Source of the DNA: an uncultured delta proteobacterium
Lineage (GTDB): Bacteria; Myxococcota_A; Polyangia; Polyangiales; Polyangiaceae
DNA: 64,000 nucleotides
Assembly: GCA_963806225.1 (NCBI GenBank)
Contig: CAWDXG010000004.1
Coordinates: forward strand, 4,928,001 to 4,992,000
Direction: 5' to 3'
The number at the start of each line of letters is the position of its first letter. The stretch's first letter is position 1. Below are positions 51,630-62,994 of the stretch, one piece after another. The position numbers were made by a program, and so were the translations under genes. The notes below the pieces were generated by a model. It was not told where the DNA came from, made no database searches, and saw only the letters and a list, made by a program, of their open reading frames with translations.

Positions 51630-53156
51630 GTGAACGTGGTCGAGCGTGCAGCCGGCAAGGTGTGGCTCGTGGGAGCAGGACCTGGCGATCCCGGGCTCAT
51701 CACCGTCAGGGGTCTCGAGGTACTCGAGCAGGCCGAGGTCGTCTTGCACGATGGGCTCGCGCACCCCGCGTTGCTCGAGCTCTGCCCGAGCAGCGACCAG
51801 CGCGACGTGGGCGAGCGCTTCGGTCAGTCGAGCCCGAACCAGAGCGAGATCACCGCGCAGCTGATCGAGCTGGCACGCGCCGGCAAGCGCGTGGTGCGCT
51901 TGAAAGGCGGCGATCCATTCCTGTTCGCTCGCGGCTCGGAAGAGGCGACGGGGCTGGCGCGCGCGAACGTGCCGTTCGAGGTCGTGCCGGGGCTCTCGGC
52001 GCCGGTCGGGACCGCGGCCTATGCCGGTATCTCGCTCACGCACCACGATCTGTCGTCGAGCGTCACGATCGTTACCGGCAGCGACAAGGCCGGCAGGGAG
52101 CAGTCGCCCGGAGCGTGGAAGAAGCTCGCGACCGCCACCGATACGATCTGCGTGCTGATGGGCATGCCGCGCATCGAGGAGATCACGCAAGCGCTGGTCG
52201 ACGGAGGCCGTTCGCCGGACAGTCCTGCGGCGGTCATCCAGTGGGGAGCGCGACCGGAGCAGCGCGTCGTCAGCGCTACGCTCGGCAGCATCGCCGGCGA
52301 GGCCCGGGCCGTGGGCGCGAAGAACCCGGCCGTGATCGTGATCGGCGACGTGGTACGGCTGCGCGAAGAGCTCCGTTGGTACGACAACCGCCCGCTGTTC
52401 GGGAAACGCATCCTGGTGCCGCGCCCGATCGCACAGGCGAAGGTCACGGCCGGCGCGATCCGCGAGCGCGCCGCGGACCCGGTGGTGTTCCCCGTCATCG
52501 AACTCTGCGATCCGCCCGACACCGAGCCGCTCGAGCGGGCCGCACGCGAGCTCGGCAGCTACGACTGGGTGCTGTTCACGAGCGCCAACGGTGTGGATCG
52601 CTTCTTCGCTACCCTCTCGCGTCTCGGCCGCGACGCCAGAGCGTTTGCCGCGGCGAACATCGGCGTGATCGGGCCCAAGACGGCCAAGTCGCTGGAGCGC
52701 TACGGGCTCCGGGCGGATCTGGTCGCCGAGGAGTACATCGGCGAGGGGCTGGCCCGGGCGATCCGCGAGCGGGGCGGCGCGCGTCGCGTGTTGATCCCCC
52801 GCGCGCTGGTGGCGCGCGACACGCTGCCCGCGATGCTGCGCGAGGAGGGGGTCGAGGTCGACGTCGTGCCCGCCTACGAAACGCGGCCCATCGACGCCGA
52901 GCGCGCGGCCGAGCTGGTGCGCCGCTTCGAGGACGGCGGGATCGACGTGGCGATCTTCACGTCGAGCTCGACGGTCAGCTCGCTCTGTTCGCTGCTGGGC
53001 GAGCGCGCAGCCGAGCTGCTGGCCCGCGTTACGGTGGGGAGCATCGGCCCGGTCACGTCGAAGACGGCAGAAAAGCTTGGCGTCCGGGTGGATGTGACGG
53101 CGACGGAGTACACCGTCGCCGGTCTGCTCGACGCGCTGGAACGACACTTCGGCTGA
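51630..53156 (+). CDS. cobA: uroporphyrinogen-III C-methyltransferase / uroporphyrinogen-III synthase fusion (CobA-HemD)
   Basis: LVGAGPGDPGLIT, RLKGGDPF.F.RG.EE, PLFGKRILV, FTSANGV, IGPKT, FTSSSTV and SIGPVT. Confidence 0.93.
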   Translation: MNVVERAAGKVWLVGAGPGDPGLITVRGLEVLEQAEVVLHDGLAHPALLELCPSSDQRDVGERFGQSSPNQSEITAQLIELARAGKRVVRLKGGDPFLFARGSEEATGLARANVPFEVVPGLSAPVGTAAYAGISLTHHDLSSSVTIVTGSDKAGREQSPGAWKKLATATDTICVLMGMPRIEEITQALVDGGRSPDSPAAVIQWGARPEQRVVSATLGSIAGEARAVGAKNPAVIVIGDVVRLREELRWYDNRPLFGKRILVPRPIAQAKVTAGAIRERAADPVVFPVIELCDPPDTEPLERAARELGSYDWVLFTSANGVDRFFATLSRLGRDARAFAAANIGVIGPKTAKSLERYGLRADLVAEEYIGEGLARAIRERGGARRVLIPRALVARDTLPAMLREEGVEVDVVPAYETRPIDAERAAELVRRFEDGGIDVAIFTSSSTVSSLCSLLGERAAELLARVTVGSIGPVTSKTAEKLGVRVDVTATEYTVAGLLDALERHFG

Positions 53157-53240
53157 CCCAGTGCGGAGCGGTGCACCACGACGGCGCGCCGGAATGGAGC
53201 GTCGTGTGGCGCCGTCACGCGAAAACAGCCATGCGGGCGC

Positions 53241-53256
53241 CGGCACGCCCTTCGCA
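53241..53256 (+). promoter_or_regulatory. candidate sigma-54 (-24/-12) promoter
   Basis: CGGCACGCCCTTCGCA has GG-N10-GC spacing, about 30 nt upstream of the MBL start. Confidence 0.55.
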
Positions 53257-53284
53257 ATGCTCCCCGTCGTCGAAAGGAGCAGCG

Positions 53285-54127
53285 ATGAAGATCACATTCT
53301 GGGGCGTAAGAGGCAGCATTGCATCGCCGGGGCCGGAGACGGCGGGCGTCGGCGGCAACACCAGCTCGGTGGAGATCGAGTGCGGAGAGCAGCGCATCCT
53401 GCTCGATGCCGGTACCGGGCTCCGCGCGCTGGGTGAACACCTGATGCGCGACGGCATCGACTCTGCGACCCTGCTGCTCAGCCACCACCACTGGGATCAC
53501 ATCCAGGGCCTGCCGTTCTTCGTCCCGCTGTACGTGCCGGGCACGCGGCTGACCGTCATGGGGCCCTCGTCGGAACGGCTAGGTTTGCTGGAGGTCCTCG
53601 CGCGGCAGATGAGCGCGCCCGGTTTTCCGGTGCGGTTCGACGAGCTGCCGAGCAGCGTCGAGACGCGCGCACTCAAGAGTGGCGACCGAGTGGAGCTCGG
53701 CGACGTGCGCATCACGGCGGCCAAGCTGAACCATCCGGGCGGCGTGCTCGCCTATCGCATCGACTATGCCGGCGCGAGCGTGGTGTACGCGACGGATACC
53801 GAGCACTACGCCTGCGTCGATCCGGCGCTGCGCGCGCTCGCGGACAGGGCGGACGTGTTGATCTACGACGCGCAGTACACGCCCGAGGAGTACCGCGGCG
53901 AGGCGGGGCCGTCGAAGGCGGGGTGGGGGCATTCCACCTTCGAGGAGGGCGCGCGCCTGGCGCGGGTCGCCGAGGTGAAGCAGCTGGTGCTCTTCCACCA
54001 CGATCCGAAGCGGGACGATGCGGCCGTCGCCGAGCTGGAGCGGCGTGCCCGCGAGCGCTTCGCCGAGAGCGTCGCGGCCCGCGAAGGCATGCAGATCGAG
54101 CTGGGCGCCGCGGTCCGCGCCGCCTGA
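53285..54127 (+). CDS. MBL-fold metallo-hydrolase (RNase Z/PhnP-like, possible phosphodiesterase)
   Basis: RBS AAGGAG; MKITFWGVRGS, GGNTS, DAGTG, SHHHWDHIQG, NHPGG, TDTEH, WGHS and FHHDP. Confidence 0.88.
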   Translation: MKITFWGVRGSIASPGPETAGVGGNTSSVEIECGEQRILLDAGTGLRALGEHLMRDGIDSATLLLSHHHWDHIQGLPFFVPLYVPGTRLTVMGPSSERLGLLEVLARQMSAPGFPVRFDELPSSVETRALKSGDRVELGDVRITAAKLNHPGGVLAYRIDYAGASVVYATDTEHYACVDPALRALADRADVLIYDAQYTPEEYRGEAGPSKAGWGHSTFEEGARLARVAEVKQLVLFHHDPKRDDAAVAELERRARERFAESVAAREGMQIELGAAVRAA

Positions 54128-54140
54128 CATGGAGGCAGCG

Positions 54141-55661
<1,521 letters not shown>

Positions 55662-55773
55662 CGGCCCGCTCGTGTCCGCCGCACAGGCTGCGCAAGAGGT
55701 GCGGGGGGCGCATATTGTGCGCAAGCGACCGTTTGCAGCCGCGCGAAACTCCGCAGATCGTGCGAGCCGGACG

Positions 55774-55789
55774 TGGCACGCTGCTTGAA
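55774..55789 (+). promoter_or_regulatory. candidate sigma-54 promoter upstream of the hemerythrin gene
   Basis: TGGCACGCTGCTTGAA: perfect -24 TGGCACG, -12 variant TTGA instead of TTGC. Confidence 0.5.
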
Positions 55790-55828
55790 AGTCCAGAGCG
55801 GGTCCCCAGCAACCGGAAGAGAGGCGAC

Positions 55829-56419
55829 GTGAAGGCTGCCGATCTCGTCTACAAGGAGCATCGACTGATCGCGCGGGTGCTCGACGCGCTGGAGGTCTAC
55901 GTCGACCAGCTGGAAGAGGCAGGCGACGCGACCGACCGGCACGACCTGGCGCGCTTCGTCACTTTCTTCCGCGAGTTTGCCGACCTCGGTCACCACGAGA
56001 AGGAAGAGAACATCGTCTTCCCGGAGATGGTGCGCGCCGGATTCAGCTGGGACGACGGGATCCTTTCCGACCTCAGGCAGGAGCACAACCAGGAGCGCTA
56101 TCTGATGCGCACGCTGCGCCATGCCTCGCTGCAGAAGGACCTGTGGTCGAGTGAGGATCTGCGCCATCTGGTGAGCGTCGCCCGCACCTTCATCGAGTTC
56201 CAGCGCGCCCACATGGCGAGGGAAGACGCGGAGCTTCTCCCGGTCCTGCGCGACAGGCTGCCGGAGGCCGTCGAACAGGAGCTGGTGAAACGGCTGAAGC
56301 GCTTCGACGAGGTGTGGGCCGACAGCGGAGAAAGCGCCTGGTTGCGCGGGCTCGGGCAGGACCTCGTGGAACGCTACACGCCCGGGCGCGCCGGGTCCGA
56401 AACCCATCCCGTTGCATAG
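55829..56419 (+). CDS. hemerythrin/HHE cation-binding domain protein
   Basis: EHRLI, HHEKEE..FP, EHNQER and HMARED..L.P. Confidence 0.85.
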   Translation: MKAADLVYKEHRLIARVLDALEVYVDQLEEAGDATDRHDLARFVTFFREFADLGHHEKEENIVFPEMVRAGFSWDDGILSDLRQEHNQERYLMRTLRHASLQKDLWSSEDLRHLVSVARTFIEFQRAHMAREDAELLPVLRDRLPEAVEQELVKRLKRFDEVWADSGESAWLRGLGQDLVERYTPGRAGSETHPVA

Positions 56420-56452
56420 CGTGCGAGGCTGACCCCGCGCGTTCTCGCGCGG

Positions 56453-57106
56453 TCAGCCCGCGGGGTCGACCAGGCCGTGGACCACGGCCCATTTGGTGAG
56501 CCCGGCGGTGCCCTGCACCTCGAGCTTGCGCATGATGCGTTCGCGGTGCGTCTCGACCGTACGTACGCTGATGCCCAGCCGCTCGGCAATGAGCTTGTTC
56601 GAGTAGCCGTCGGCGATCAGCCTCAGTACCTCGAGCTCGCGGCGCGAGAGCGGCCGCTTGTGCTGTCCGGAGCTTGGAGCTTCGTCACCTTCGGCTTCTG
56701 CCGGCTCGAACCAGCGCTCGCCGGCATGAACCCGCTCGATGATGCGGATCATCTCCTCGGGCGGCGTGGTCTTCACGATGTAGCCCGAGGCGCCTGCGTC
56801 GGACATCTCGCGGACGTAGTACGGACTGTCGTGGACGCTCAGCCCCAGCACCCGGACACCCGGCTGGGTCTGCGCGAGCACACGCGTCGCCTCGATGCCG
56901 TCGGTCCCCGGCATTGCGATGTCCATCAGGATCACGTCCGGCTGCAACGTTTGCGCCTGGTTGATCGCTTCGGCGCCGTCATGCGCCACGCCGACGATCT
57001 GCAGGCGCGCGGAGCGCCGCATGACGTGCTTCAGCCCTTCCAGCACGATCGGATGATCGTCGACCAGAAGAACCTTGATCCTGCTTGGTTTGTTTGCAGC
57101 TTCCAC
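56453..57106 (-). CDS. NarL/LuxR family response regulator
   Basis: REC domain (VDDH, DIAMP, K) and LSRRELEVL..GYSNK.IA..LGISVRTVETHR. Confidence 0.95.
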   Translation of the reverse strand: MEAANKPSRIKVLLVDDHPIVLEGLKHVMRRSARLQIVGVAHDGAEAINQAQTLQPDVILMDIAMPGTDGIEATRVLAQTQPGVRVLGLSVHDSPYYVREMSDAGASGYIVKTTPPEEMIRIIERVHAGERWFEPAEAEGDEAPSSGQHKRPLSRRELEVLRLIADGYSNKLIAERLGISVRTVETHRERIMRKLEVQGTAGLTKWAVVHGLVDPAG

Positions 57107-57436
57107 GCTCGTGGTGCTGGCCGTGCTCGCCGCGCCGGTGCACCGCGACGGGCAGTCCCAGAAAACTCAATACGCGGGCGACGATCGCCAGGATATCCGA
57201 TAAATTACGGATTTCTAATGGGTTGGGCCCCGGGGAAGCGCAGCGCTGACGGCTGGACTCTCACAGAAAAAACCGCAGGGAGGGCCCACGTCCAGTCGAA
57301 AGCTCAACCGGGAAGAACGGACGAATGTTCCCGTCGCAGCCTCCACCGTCCTCGTCGGGGATTCCAGGTTTTCGTCGGAAGCTGCTGCTCGTCGGGCGGC
57401 GGGTCGCCCGGACGGCCAGCACGCCACGGAGCCCGG

Positions 57437-59014
57437 CTACCCGCGATGGCGCTCGACGTAGCGGTCGACTTCTTCAGCCACGCGAAACGTGGTGGGGAGC
57501 TCTGGCGCGTCGAGCAGCCGGTAGACGCCGTCCAGACCCGGCCGGTAGCGCCGTGCCATGTCGTCACGCCGTCCGACCAGTGTCTCGAGCGCACTGCCCA
57601 GTGCTTCGATGTCATCAGTGGTGGAATACAATCCCAGTGAAGCGCGTACCATCCCCGGTACGTTGCGGCGATCGCCGCAGCTGATCTCGTTGCGGTAGCG
57701 ATTTTCCGTTTCCTCGTCCACGCCGAGCAGTGCCTTGACGTACGGGTGTGCGCAGAAGCACCCGTCACGGACTGCGATGTTGAAAAAATCGTTGAGATAG
57801 GCCGCGACCAGTCCGTGCGGTAGACCATCGACGTTGAACGACACGACTCCGGCTCGCGGAACGCGCTCCAGATCGGCGCTCCCGAAGACCGTTACGCCTT
57901 CGATGCCTTCCAGTCGCGAGACGAGCTGGCGCGTGAGAACGCGCTCTTCGCTGGCCACCTTGTCCATGCCGACCCGCATCAAGAGCTCCGCGATGAGGCC
58001 GATGGCGATCGAGCCGGGGATATTGGGCGTCCCTGCTTCTTCCCGCGCGGTCACCTTGTCCGTGATCTCGAACTCGTCCAGCGTCACGTATTCGACCATG
58101 CCGCCGCCCACGTCCGTTACGCATCTGCGTTCGGAGAGCGTCTTGAGATTGCCGATCAGGGCGCCGCGGCTGCCCGGCGCGTACAGCTTGTGTCCAGACA
58201 GGACCAGGTAGTCGAGCGTCTCCGCAGGGTCCGGACGGTGCATCTGCACGGGGGCGTGGGGCACCCATTGCGCGCCGTCCACGAGCAGCTCGGCGCCCAC
58301 TGCGTGCGTCAGTCGGGCGATGCGGTGCACCGGATTGATGATTCCGGTGACGTTCGAGACGGCCGTGACCGTGACCAGGCGTACGCGATCGCCCTCTTCG
58401 CGAAGGATACGCTCGAGGTCGGACAGGTCGAGCGCGCCGGTCTCCGGGTCGATGCGTACGGCGCGGATGTTGTGGTGCCCGACGGCTTCCATCCACGGCA
58501 GGAGATTGGAGTGGTGCTCCATCTGCGTGGTGACCACCAGCGGTCGTGCGGTCAGCTCGTCCAGCATCGCGCCCACGGAAGCTCCGAGGTGGTTCTTGAA
58601 CGCCTGCACGAACTCGGGTGGGGCACCTTCCGGGAAGCGCTTCACCACGGCGCGGAGCTCCGACGGGAACAGGGCGCGCGCCAGGAAGTTCGCCGCGCCG
58701 GTTGCACCGTTCGAGGCAAAGATGACAACGTCGCGCTCGGGTTGGTAGCCGACCAGTCTGCCCACCGCGTCGCGGCTGTCCTCGATGGCGCGGGTCGTGT
58801 CGCGCCCCGCCCGGTGCGCTTCGGTGTGGCTGTTTGCCGACGCTGCCTCGAGGTAGCGTTCCAGCCCCTGCCACACCGGGCGCGGCATCAGCGCGGTGGC
58901 CGTGGTGTCGAGGTAGACGCGGCGCCGGGATTCCTGCGCGCCTGCGTCGTTGAAGACCGGATCGACCCGATCCAGGCCGATGAAATCGCGGGATAATTGC
59001 TCGAGGAGCGTCAT
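57437..59014 (-). CDS. class V PLP aminotransferase / group II cysteine desulfurase-like (SufS/CsdA-like)
   Basis: YLDTTAT, EHHSNLLPW, SNVTG, DGAQ, SGHKLYAP, EAGTPNI, VRDGCFCAHP and RASLGLY. Confidence 0.88.
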   Translation of the reverse strand: MTLLEQLSRDFIGLDRVDPVFNDAGAQESRRRVYLDTTATALMPRPVWQGLERYLEAASANSHTEAHRAGRDTTRAIEDSRDAVGRLVGYQPERDVVIFASNGATGAANFLARALFPSELRAVVKRFPEGAPPEFVQAFKNHLGASVGAMLDELTARPLVVTTQMEHHSNLLPWMEAVGHHNIRAVRIDPETGALDLSDLERILREEGDRVRLVTVTAVSNVTGIINPVHRIARLTHAVGAELLVDGAQWVPHAPVQMHRPDPAETLDYLVLSGHKLYAPGSRGALIGNLKTLSERRCVTDVGGGMVEYVTLDEFEITDKVTAREEAGTPNIPGSIAIGLIAELLMRVGMDKVASEERVLTRQLVSRLEGIEGVTVFGSADLERVPRAGVVSFNVDGLPHGLVAAYLNDFFNIAVRDGCFCAHPYVKALLGVDEETENRYRNEISCGDRRNVPGMVRASLGLYSTTDDIEALGSALETLVGRRDDMARRYRPGLDGVYRLLDAPELPTTFRVAEEVDRYVERHRG

Positions 59015-59184
59015 GTTGGGGCTCTATGGAGTTATCGGGATGCCGGGAGCGTAGGAGCCCGGAGGCTCACGTTCAAGTACGGGCAGCCGGGTTCGCGCGC
59101 GGGCGCACTCCTTGCGCCTGGCGCGTGCATAATCCCGCGTGCAGTGCTGCGCGGATGTCGTAGCTTTGCTTCCGGAGGTCCCTC

Positions 59185-61107
59185 TTGGCGCGCGGCCCCG
59201 ACGAGGTGTTGAAAGAGCTTTTCGAAAGCGAGCGACGGTTCAGCCTCGCTTTCGCCTACGAACGCGACGCGATCAGCGTGTTCGACGTGGCGGCGCAGCG
59301 CTTTATCGACGTGAATGAAGCCTGGGTCGAGCTGTACGGCTACTCGCGGGAAGAAGCGCTCTCGATGACGCCCGCCGACGTGAGCGACGAGCAGGAAGCG
59401 ACCCGCGCCTCCATCGAAGAGCGTGCAGCGGGCAAGGCAATCAGCCGCGTCGACCTGCGCTGGCACAGGAAGAAGGACGGGACGCGCTTCCCGGTCGAGC
59501 TGAGCTGCGGGCAGGTCGAGCTGGGGGGACGCGCGGCGGTGTACGCGGTGATGCGCGACATCACCGAACGCGTGCAGGCGGACGAAGCGCTGAGACGTTC
59601 CGAGGCGAGCTCCCGGGCGCTGATCGAGGGCATCCCGTACGGGGTATTCGTGCATCGCTTCGGCAAGATCGTCTACATCAATCCGGCCGGTCTGGATCTC
59701 GTCGGATACCGCGAGCACCCCGACGAGATCCTGGGCATGGAGGCTCTGGACTTCGTTCATCCGGACGAGCGCGCAGTGGTGCAGCAGCGCATCGCCCAGT
59801 ACATGAAGCAGGGCAAGACGGCGCCCGTGCTGGAGGAGCGTTTCCGCAGGCGCGACGGCAGCTACTTCATGGTGGAGGTCACCGGCATTCCCGTCATGTT
59901 CGATGGCGAGCCGGCTGCACTGGCCCTGGTGCGGGACATCTCCGTCAAGAAGCGCATGGAGGCCCAGCTCATCGTCTCCGATCGTCTGGCGTCGCTCGGT
60001 CGACTGGCGGCTTCGGTGGGCCACGAGATCAACAATCCGCTCGCCTACGTGCTGGGCAACGTGCAGATGCTGGAGCAGGATCTGTCGCGCCTCGGTTCCA
60101 GCGGCCGCGTGGACGCCGAGACCCTGGAACAGCTCCTGGACCGGCTTTCCGCTGTCGAGCAGGGGGCCGAGCGCGTGCGCGACATCGTGCGCGATCTCAA
60201 GACACTTGCGCCGAGCAACGACGAGCCGCGCGGCGCCGTCGACCTGCACGGCGTGCTCGACGTGTGCGCGGACATGGCGGAGCACGAGATCCGGCACCGC
60301 GCGCGCCTGGTCAAGGACTACGGCGAAGCGGCCATGGTCGAGGCCAGCGAGGGACGGCTAGGGCAGATCTTCCTGAACCTGCTCGTCAACGCCGCGCAGG
60401 CCATCCCCGAGGGCAACGTGCTCGACAACGACGTGCGGCTCGCGACCCGCCGGCTTGGTGCCGACCACGTCCTCGTCGAGATTAGCGATTCCGGGAGCGG
60501 CATTCCCGAGGAAGTGCTGGGCCGCATCTTCGAGCCGTTCTTCTCCACCAAGGCTCCGGGCGCTGGGACGGGGCTCGGGCTTTCAATCTGCCATCATCTG
60601 GTCACCTCCGTCGGGGGGAGCATCGAGGTCCGACGGCGTGCCCCGCGGGGAACGACATTCCGCGTGACGTTGCCGCTGTCCCGGAGCGCGGTGGTCCAAT
60701 CCCGGGAACCGGTCGAGGCGTCGCGCCCCGTGGTCGGCCGGCGCGTGCTGGTGATCGACGACGAAGAGCGTTTCGCGGCGATGCTCGTGTCCTTCCTCGG
60801 AGGCTACGACGTAAGCGTCGCCCACAGCGGGCGGCAGGCCATCGAGCGGTTCGAGCAGGGGGAACAGTTCGACGTTGTCCTGTGCGACCTCATGATGGGC
60901 GACATGACCGGCATGGACGTGTACGACTACCTGACCCGGAGCGGCAGCGGCGCCGAGCACCGCATGATCCTGATGACGGGCGGCGCGTTCACGCCGCGTG
61001 CGCAGGAGTTCCTCGATGCCGTGGACAACCCGCGCCTCGACAAGCCCTTCCGGGTCAGCGAGGTCGCGCGCGCGATCCACGAGTTGCTTTCGCAAGCGGC
61101 GGAGTGA
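59185..61107 (+). CDS. hybrid sensor histidine kinase (PAS-PAS-HisKA-HATPase-REC)
   Basis: Two PAS/PAC domains, GHEINNPL, NLLVNA, DSGSG, FEPFFSTK, GTGLGL and C-terminal REC. Confidence 0.95.
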   Translation: MARGPDEVLKELFESERRFSLAFAYERDAISVFDVAAQRFIDVNEAWVELYGYSREEALSMTPADVSDEQEATRASIEERAAGKAISRVDLRWHRKKDGTRFPVELSCGQVELGGRAAVYAVMRDITERVQADEALRRSEASSRALIEGIPYGVFVHRFGKIVYINPAGLDLVGYREHPDEILGMEALDFVHPDERAVVQQRIAQYMKQGKTAPVLEERFRRRDGSYFMVEVTGIPVMFDGEPAALALVRDISVKKRMEAQLIVSDRLASLGRLAASVGHEINNPLAYVLGNVQMLEQDLSRLGSSGRVDAETLEQLLDRLSAVEQGAERVRDIVRDLKTLAPSNDEPRGAVDLHGVLDVCADMAEHEIRHRARLVKDYGEAAMVEASEGRLGQIFLNLLVNAAQAIPEGNVLDNDVRLATRRLGADHVLVEISDSGSGIPEEVLGRIFEPFFSTKAPGAGTGLGLSICHHLVTSVGGSIEVRRRAPRGTTFRVTLPLSRSAVVQSREPVEASRPVVGRRVLVIDDEERFAAMLVSFLGGYDVSVAHSGRQAIERFEQGEQFDVVLCDLMMGDMTGMDVYDYLTRSGSGAEHRMILMTGGAFTPRAQEFLDAVDNPRLDKPFRVSEVARAIHELLSQAAE

Positions 61108-61111
61108 ACGG

Positions 61112-62008
61112 ATGCGCGCGGCTCGCAAGGCGAGCCGGGGGCTGGCGCCTCTGGTGGCCACCTCCGTGCTAGTGACCAGCGCGGCTGCGTTCGGCGGAAA
61201 CGCGAAGGACGCGTCCCTCGCGGCAGGCGGCGAGCTGCCCCCATGCCCTGCGGGCGATCACCGGGAGGGCACGACCTGCGTGAGCTCGCCGCTGTTCGGT
61301 GACGGCTACGACACCAACATCTACAGCCTGTTCGGCCTGCGCGGCAGTCTCACACGAGGGGCGGCGCACGACACGGCGGTGGGCGTGTCGCTGACCAGCG
61401 AGGGCGTCAGTTACGGCTCCGGCTCGCTGGTGACGCTCCGGCTGGCGCACCTGGCATTCCTCGGCGCCGGCGCGGACGGCGTGGAGGGCGGGCTCGGGCT
61501 CGACTACGCGATGGGGCTCCGCGCACGCTTCGGGCCGCACCACGGACCCTTCGCTCGGCTGGGGCTCCGCGCACACCTGCTCGGCAACCAGAAGCTCTAC
61601 AGCTCGCGGATCGAGCTGCCGCAGTTGCAGCTCGGCTACCAGCTGCTCGACCAGCGGATGCTGCTCGAGCTCGGCGGCCGCGGCGGGTTCGTCCTGATCG
61701 GTCGCCAGAACGCCCTGGGCGGCCGGCGACCGCTCGGCGACGCGTTCGATTTCGGCGGCTACTCCGCGCTCCGCTTCGAGAGCCTGCATCTGGAGGCCGG
61801 CTGGACCCGCACCGAGGCACGGAGTTCGGCGCCGGGTACCCCTGTCGACGAGCTGTCCGGATTGCTCTGCGGCATTGCGCCCCCGTTCGGCGTGTGCCTC
61901 GACGCGCGCTACTACCGCGGCGACGTGCGCGTCGGCCAGGACGCCCGTCTCGCAGAGAGCACCTACGTGGGCCTGGCGATCGGCGCGGGCGTCCAGGCGA
62001 CACCGTAG
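61112..62008 (+). CDS. hypothetical secreted or outer-membrane protein
   Basis: Signal-like N-terminus, Cys pair, amphipathic beta-strands. Confidence 0.55.
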   Translation: MRAARKASRGLAPLVATSVLVTSAAAFGGNAKDASLAAGGELPPCPAGDHREGTTCVSSPLFGDGYDTNIYSLFGLRGSLTRGAAHDTAVGVSLTSEGVSYGSGSLVTLRLAHLAFLGAGADGVEGGLGLDYAMGLRARFGPHHGPFARLGLRAHLLGNQKLYSSRIELPQLQLGYQLLDQRMLLELGGRGGFVLIGRQNALGGRRPLGDAFDFGGYSALRFESLHLEAGWTRTEARSSAPGTPVDELSGLLCGIAPPFGVCLDARYYRGDVRVGQDARLAESTYVGLAIGAGVQATP

Positions 62009-62093
62009 CGCGGGCGGCCGGGCGTGTTCTCCGCTACGCTCCGGCCGATGCAGCCCGACGTGGAAGACCGTGCACCGTGGGGCAGGTGCTGAC

Positions 62094-62963
62094 ATGCCCG
62101 CCGATCTCGCAGCCGACACAGCCGTCCGCGCTCTGGATGCGTCGCCGGGCTGGTACGTCGCCGATCTACCCGCGAGCTGGAACTACCGCACGCCATCGGG
62201 CGGCGTGCTGATGACGCTCGCGCTCAGGGCCATGCAGGCCGAGCTGGCCGATCCGGCGCTTCGCATCTGCTCGGCGACGACGCTGTTCTGCTCGCCGGTG
62301 CCGGCTGGGCCCGTCGAGATCCAGGTCGCAGTGCTGCGACACGGCGGTGCCGCCGCGCAGTTGCGCGCAGCACTCAGTTCCACGCTCGCGCCCGGGCCCG
62401 GCCTCGAGGTGAGCGCGACCTTCGCGCGGCGTCGCGAAGGCTTCGACTTCATCGACGCCGCGCCGCCCGAGGTGCCGCGCCCCGACCAGGCGCAGGAGCT
62501 GAGCGAAACGGTACCCTTCGCCAAGGTGCGCCCGCCGTTCTTCGAGAACCTCGACAGTCGGCTCGCGCTGGGCGACGACTGGTGGCAGGGGCCGTGGCAG
62601 GGGGGCGAGGCGCGCTATGCCCGCTGGCTCCGCTACCGCGTGCCGCAGCGGCTCGACAGTGGCCTGCTCGATCCGCTGGCGCTGTGCCCGGTGGCCGACA
62701 CCATGCCGCCGGCGGTCGTGCAGAAGCTCGGGAGCGGGTTCAAGCCGTTCGTCGCGCCGAGCCTGGACCTGACTGTGCACTTCCTCGACGACACTCCGCG
62801 CGAGTGGCTGCTCGTCAGTGCCTACTGCCGCCGCGCCCTCGGCGGCATTGCCAGTGCGGACGTGGAGATCTGGGACGACGAAGAGCGCCTGCTCGCATTC
62901 GGCACGCAGGTGATGATCTTCCGGCGACCCCCGGCGGGGCTTCTCGACGGAAAGCCCGGGTAG
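62094..62963 (+). CDS. acyl-CoA thioesterase family protein (double hotdog)
   Basis: W.....GG, LRHG, ADTMPP, PSLDLTVHF and EIWD....LA...Q. Confidence 0.85.
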   Translation: MPADLAADTAVRALDASPGWYVADLPASWNYRTPSGGVLMTLALRAMQAELADPALRICSATTLFCSPVPAGPVEIQVAVLRHGGAAAQLRAALSSTLAPGPGLEVSATFARRREGFDFIDAAPPEVPRPDQAQELSETVPFAKVRPPFFENLDSRLALGDDWWQGPWQGGEARYARWLRYRVPQRLDSGLLDPLALCPVADTMPPAVVQKLGSGFKPFVAPSLDLTVHFLDDTPREWLLVSAYCRRALGGIASADVEIWDDEERLLAFGTQVMIFRRPPAGLLDGKPG

Positions 62964-62994
62964 CGCGCGAGCGGTCGGGGTGCGAGGGCGGGTG

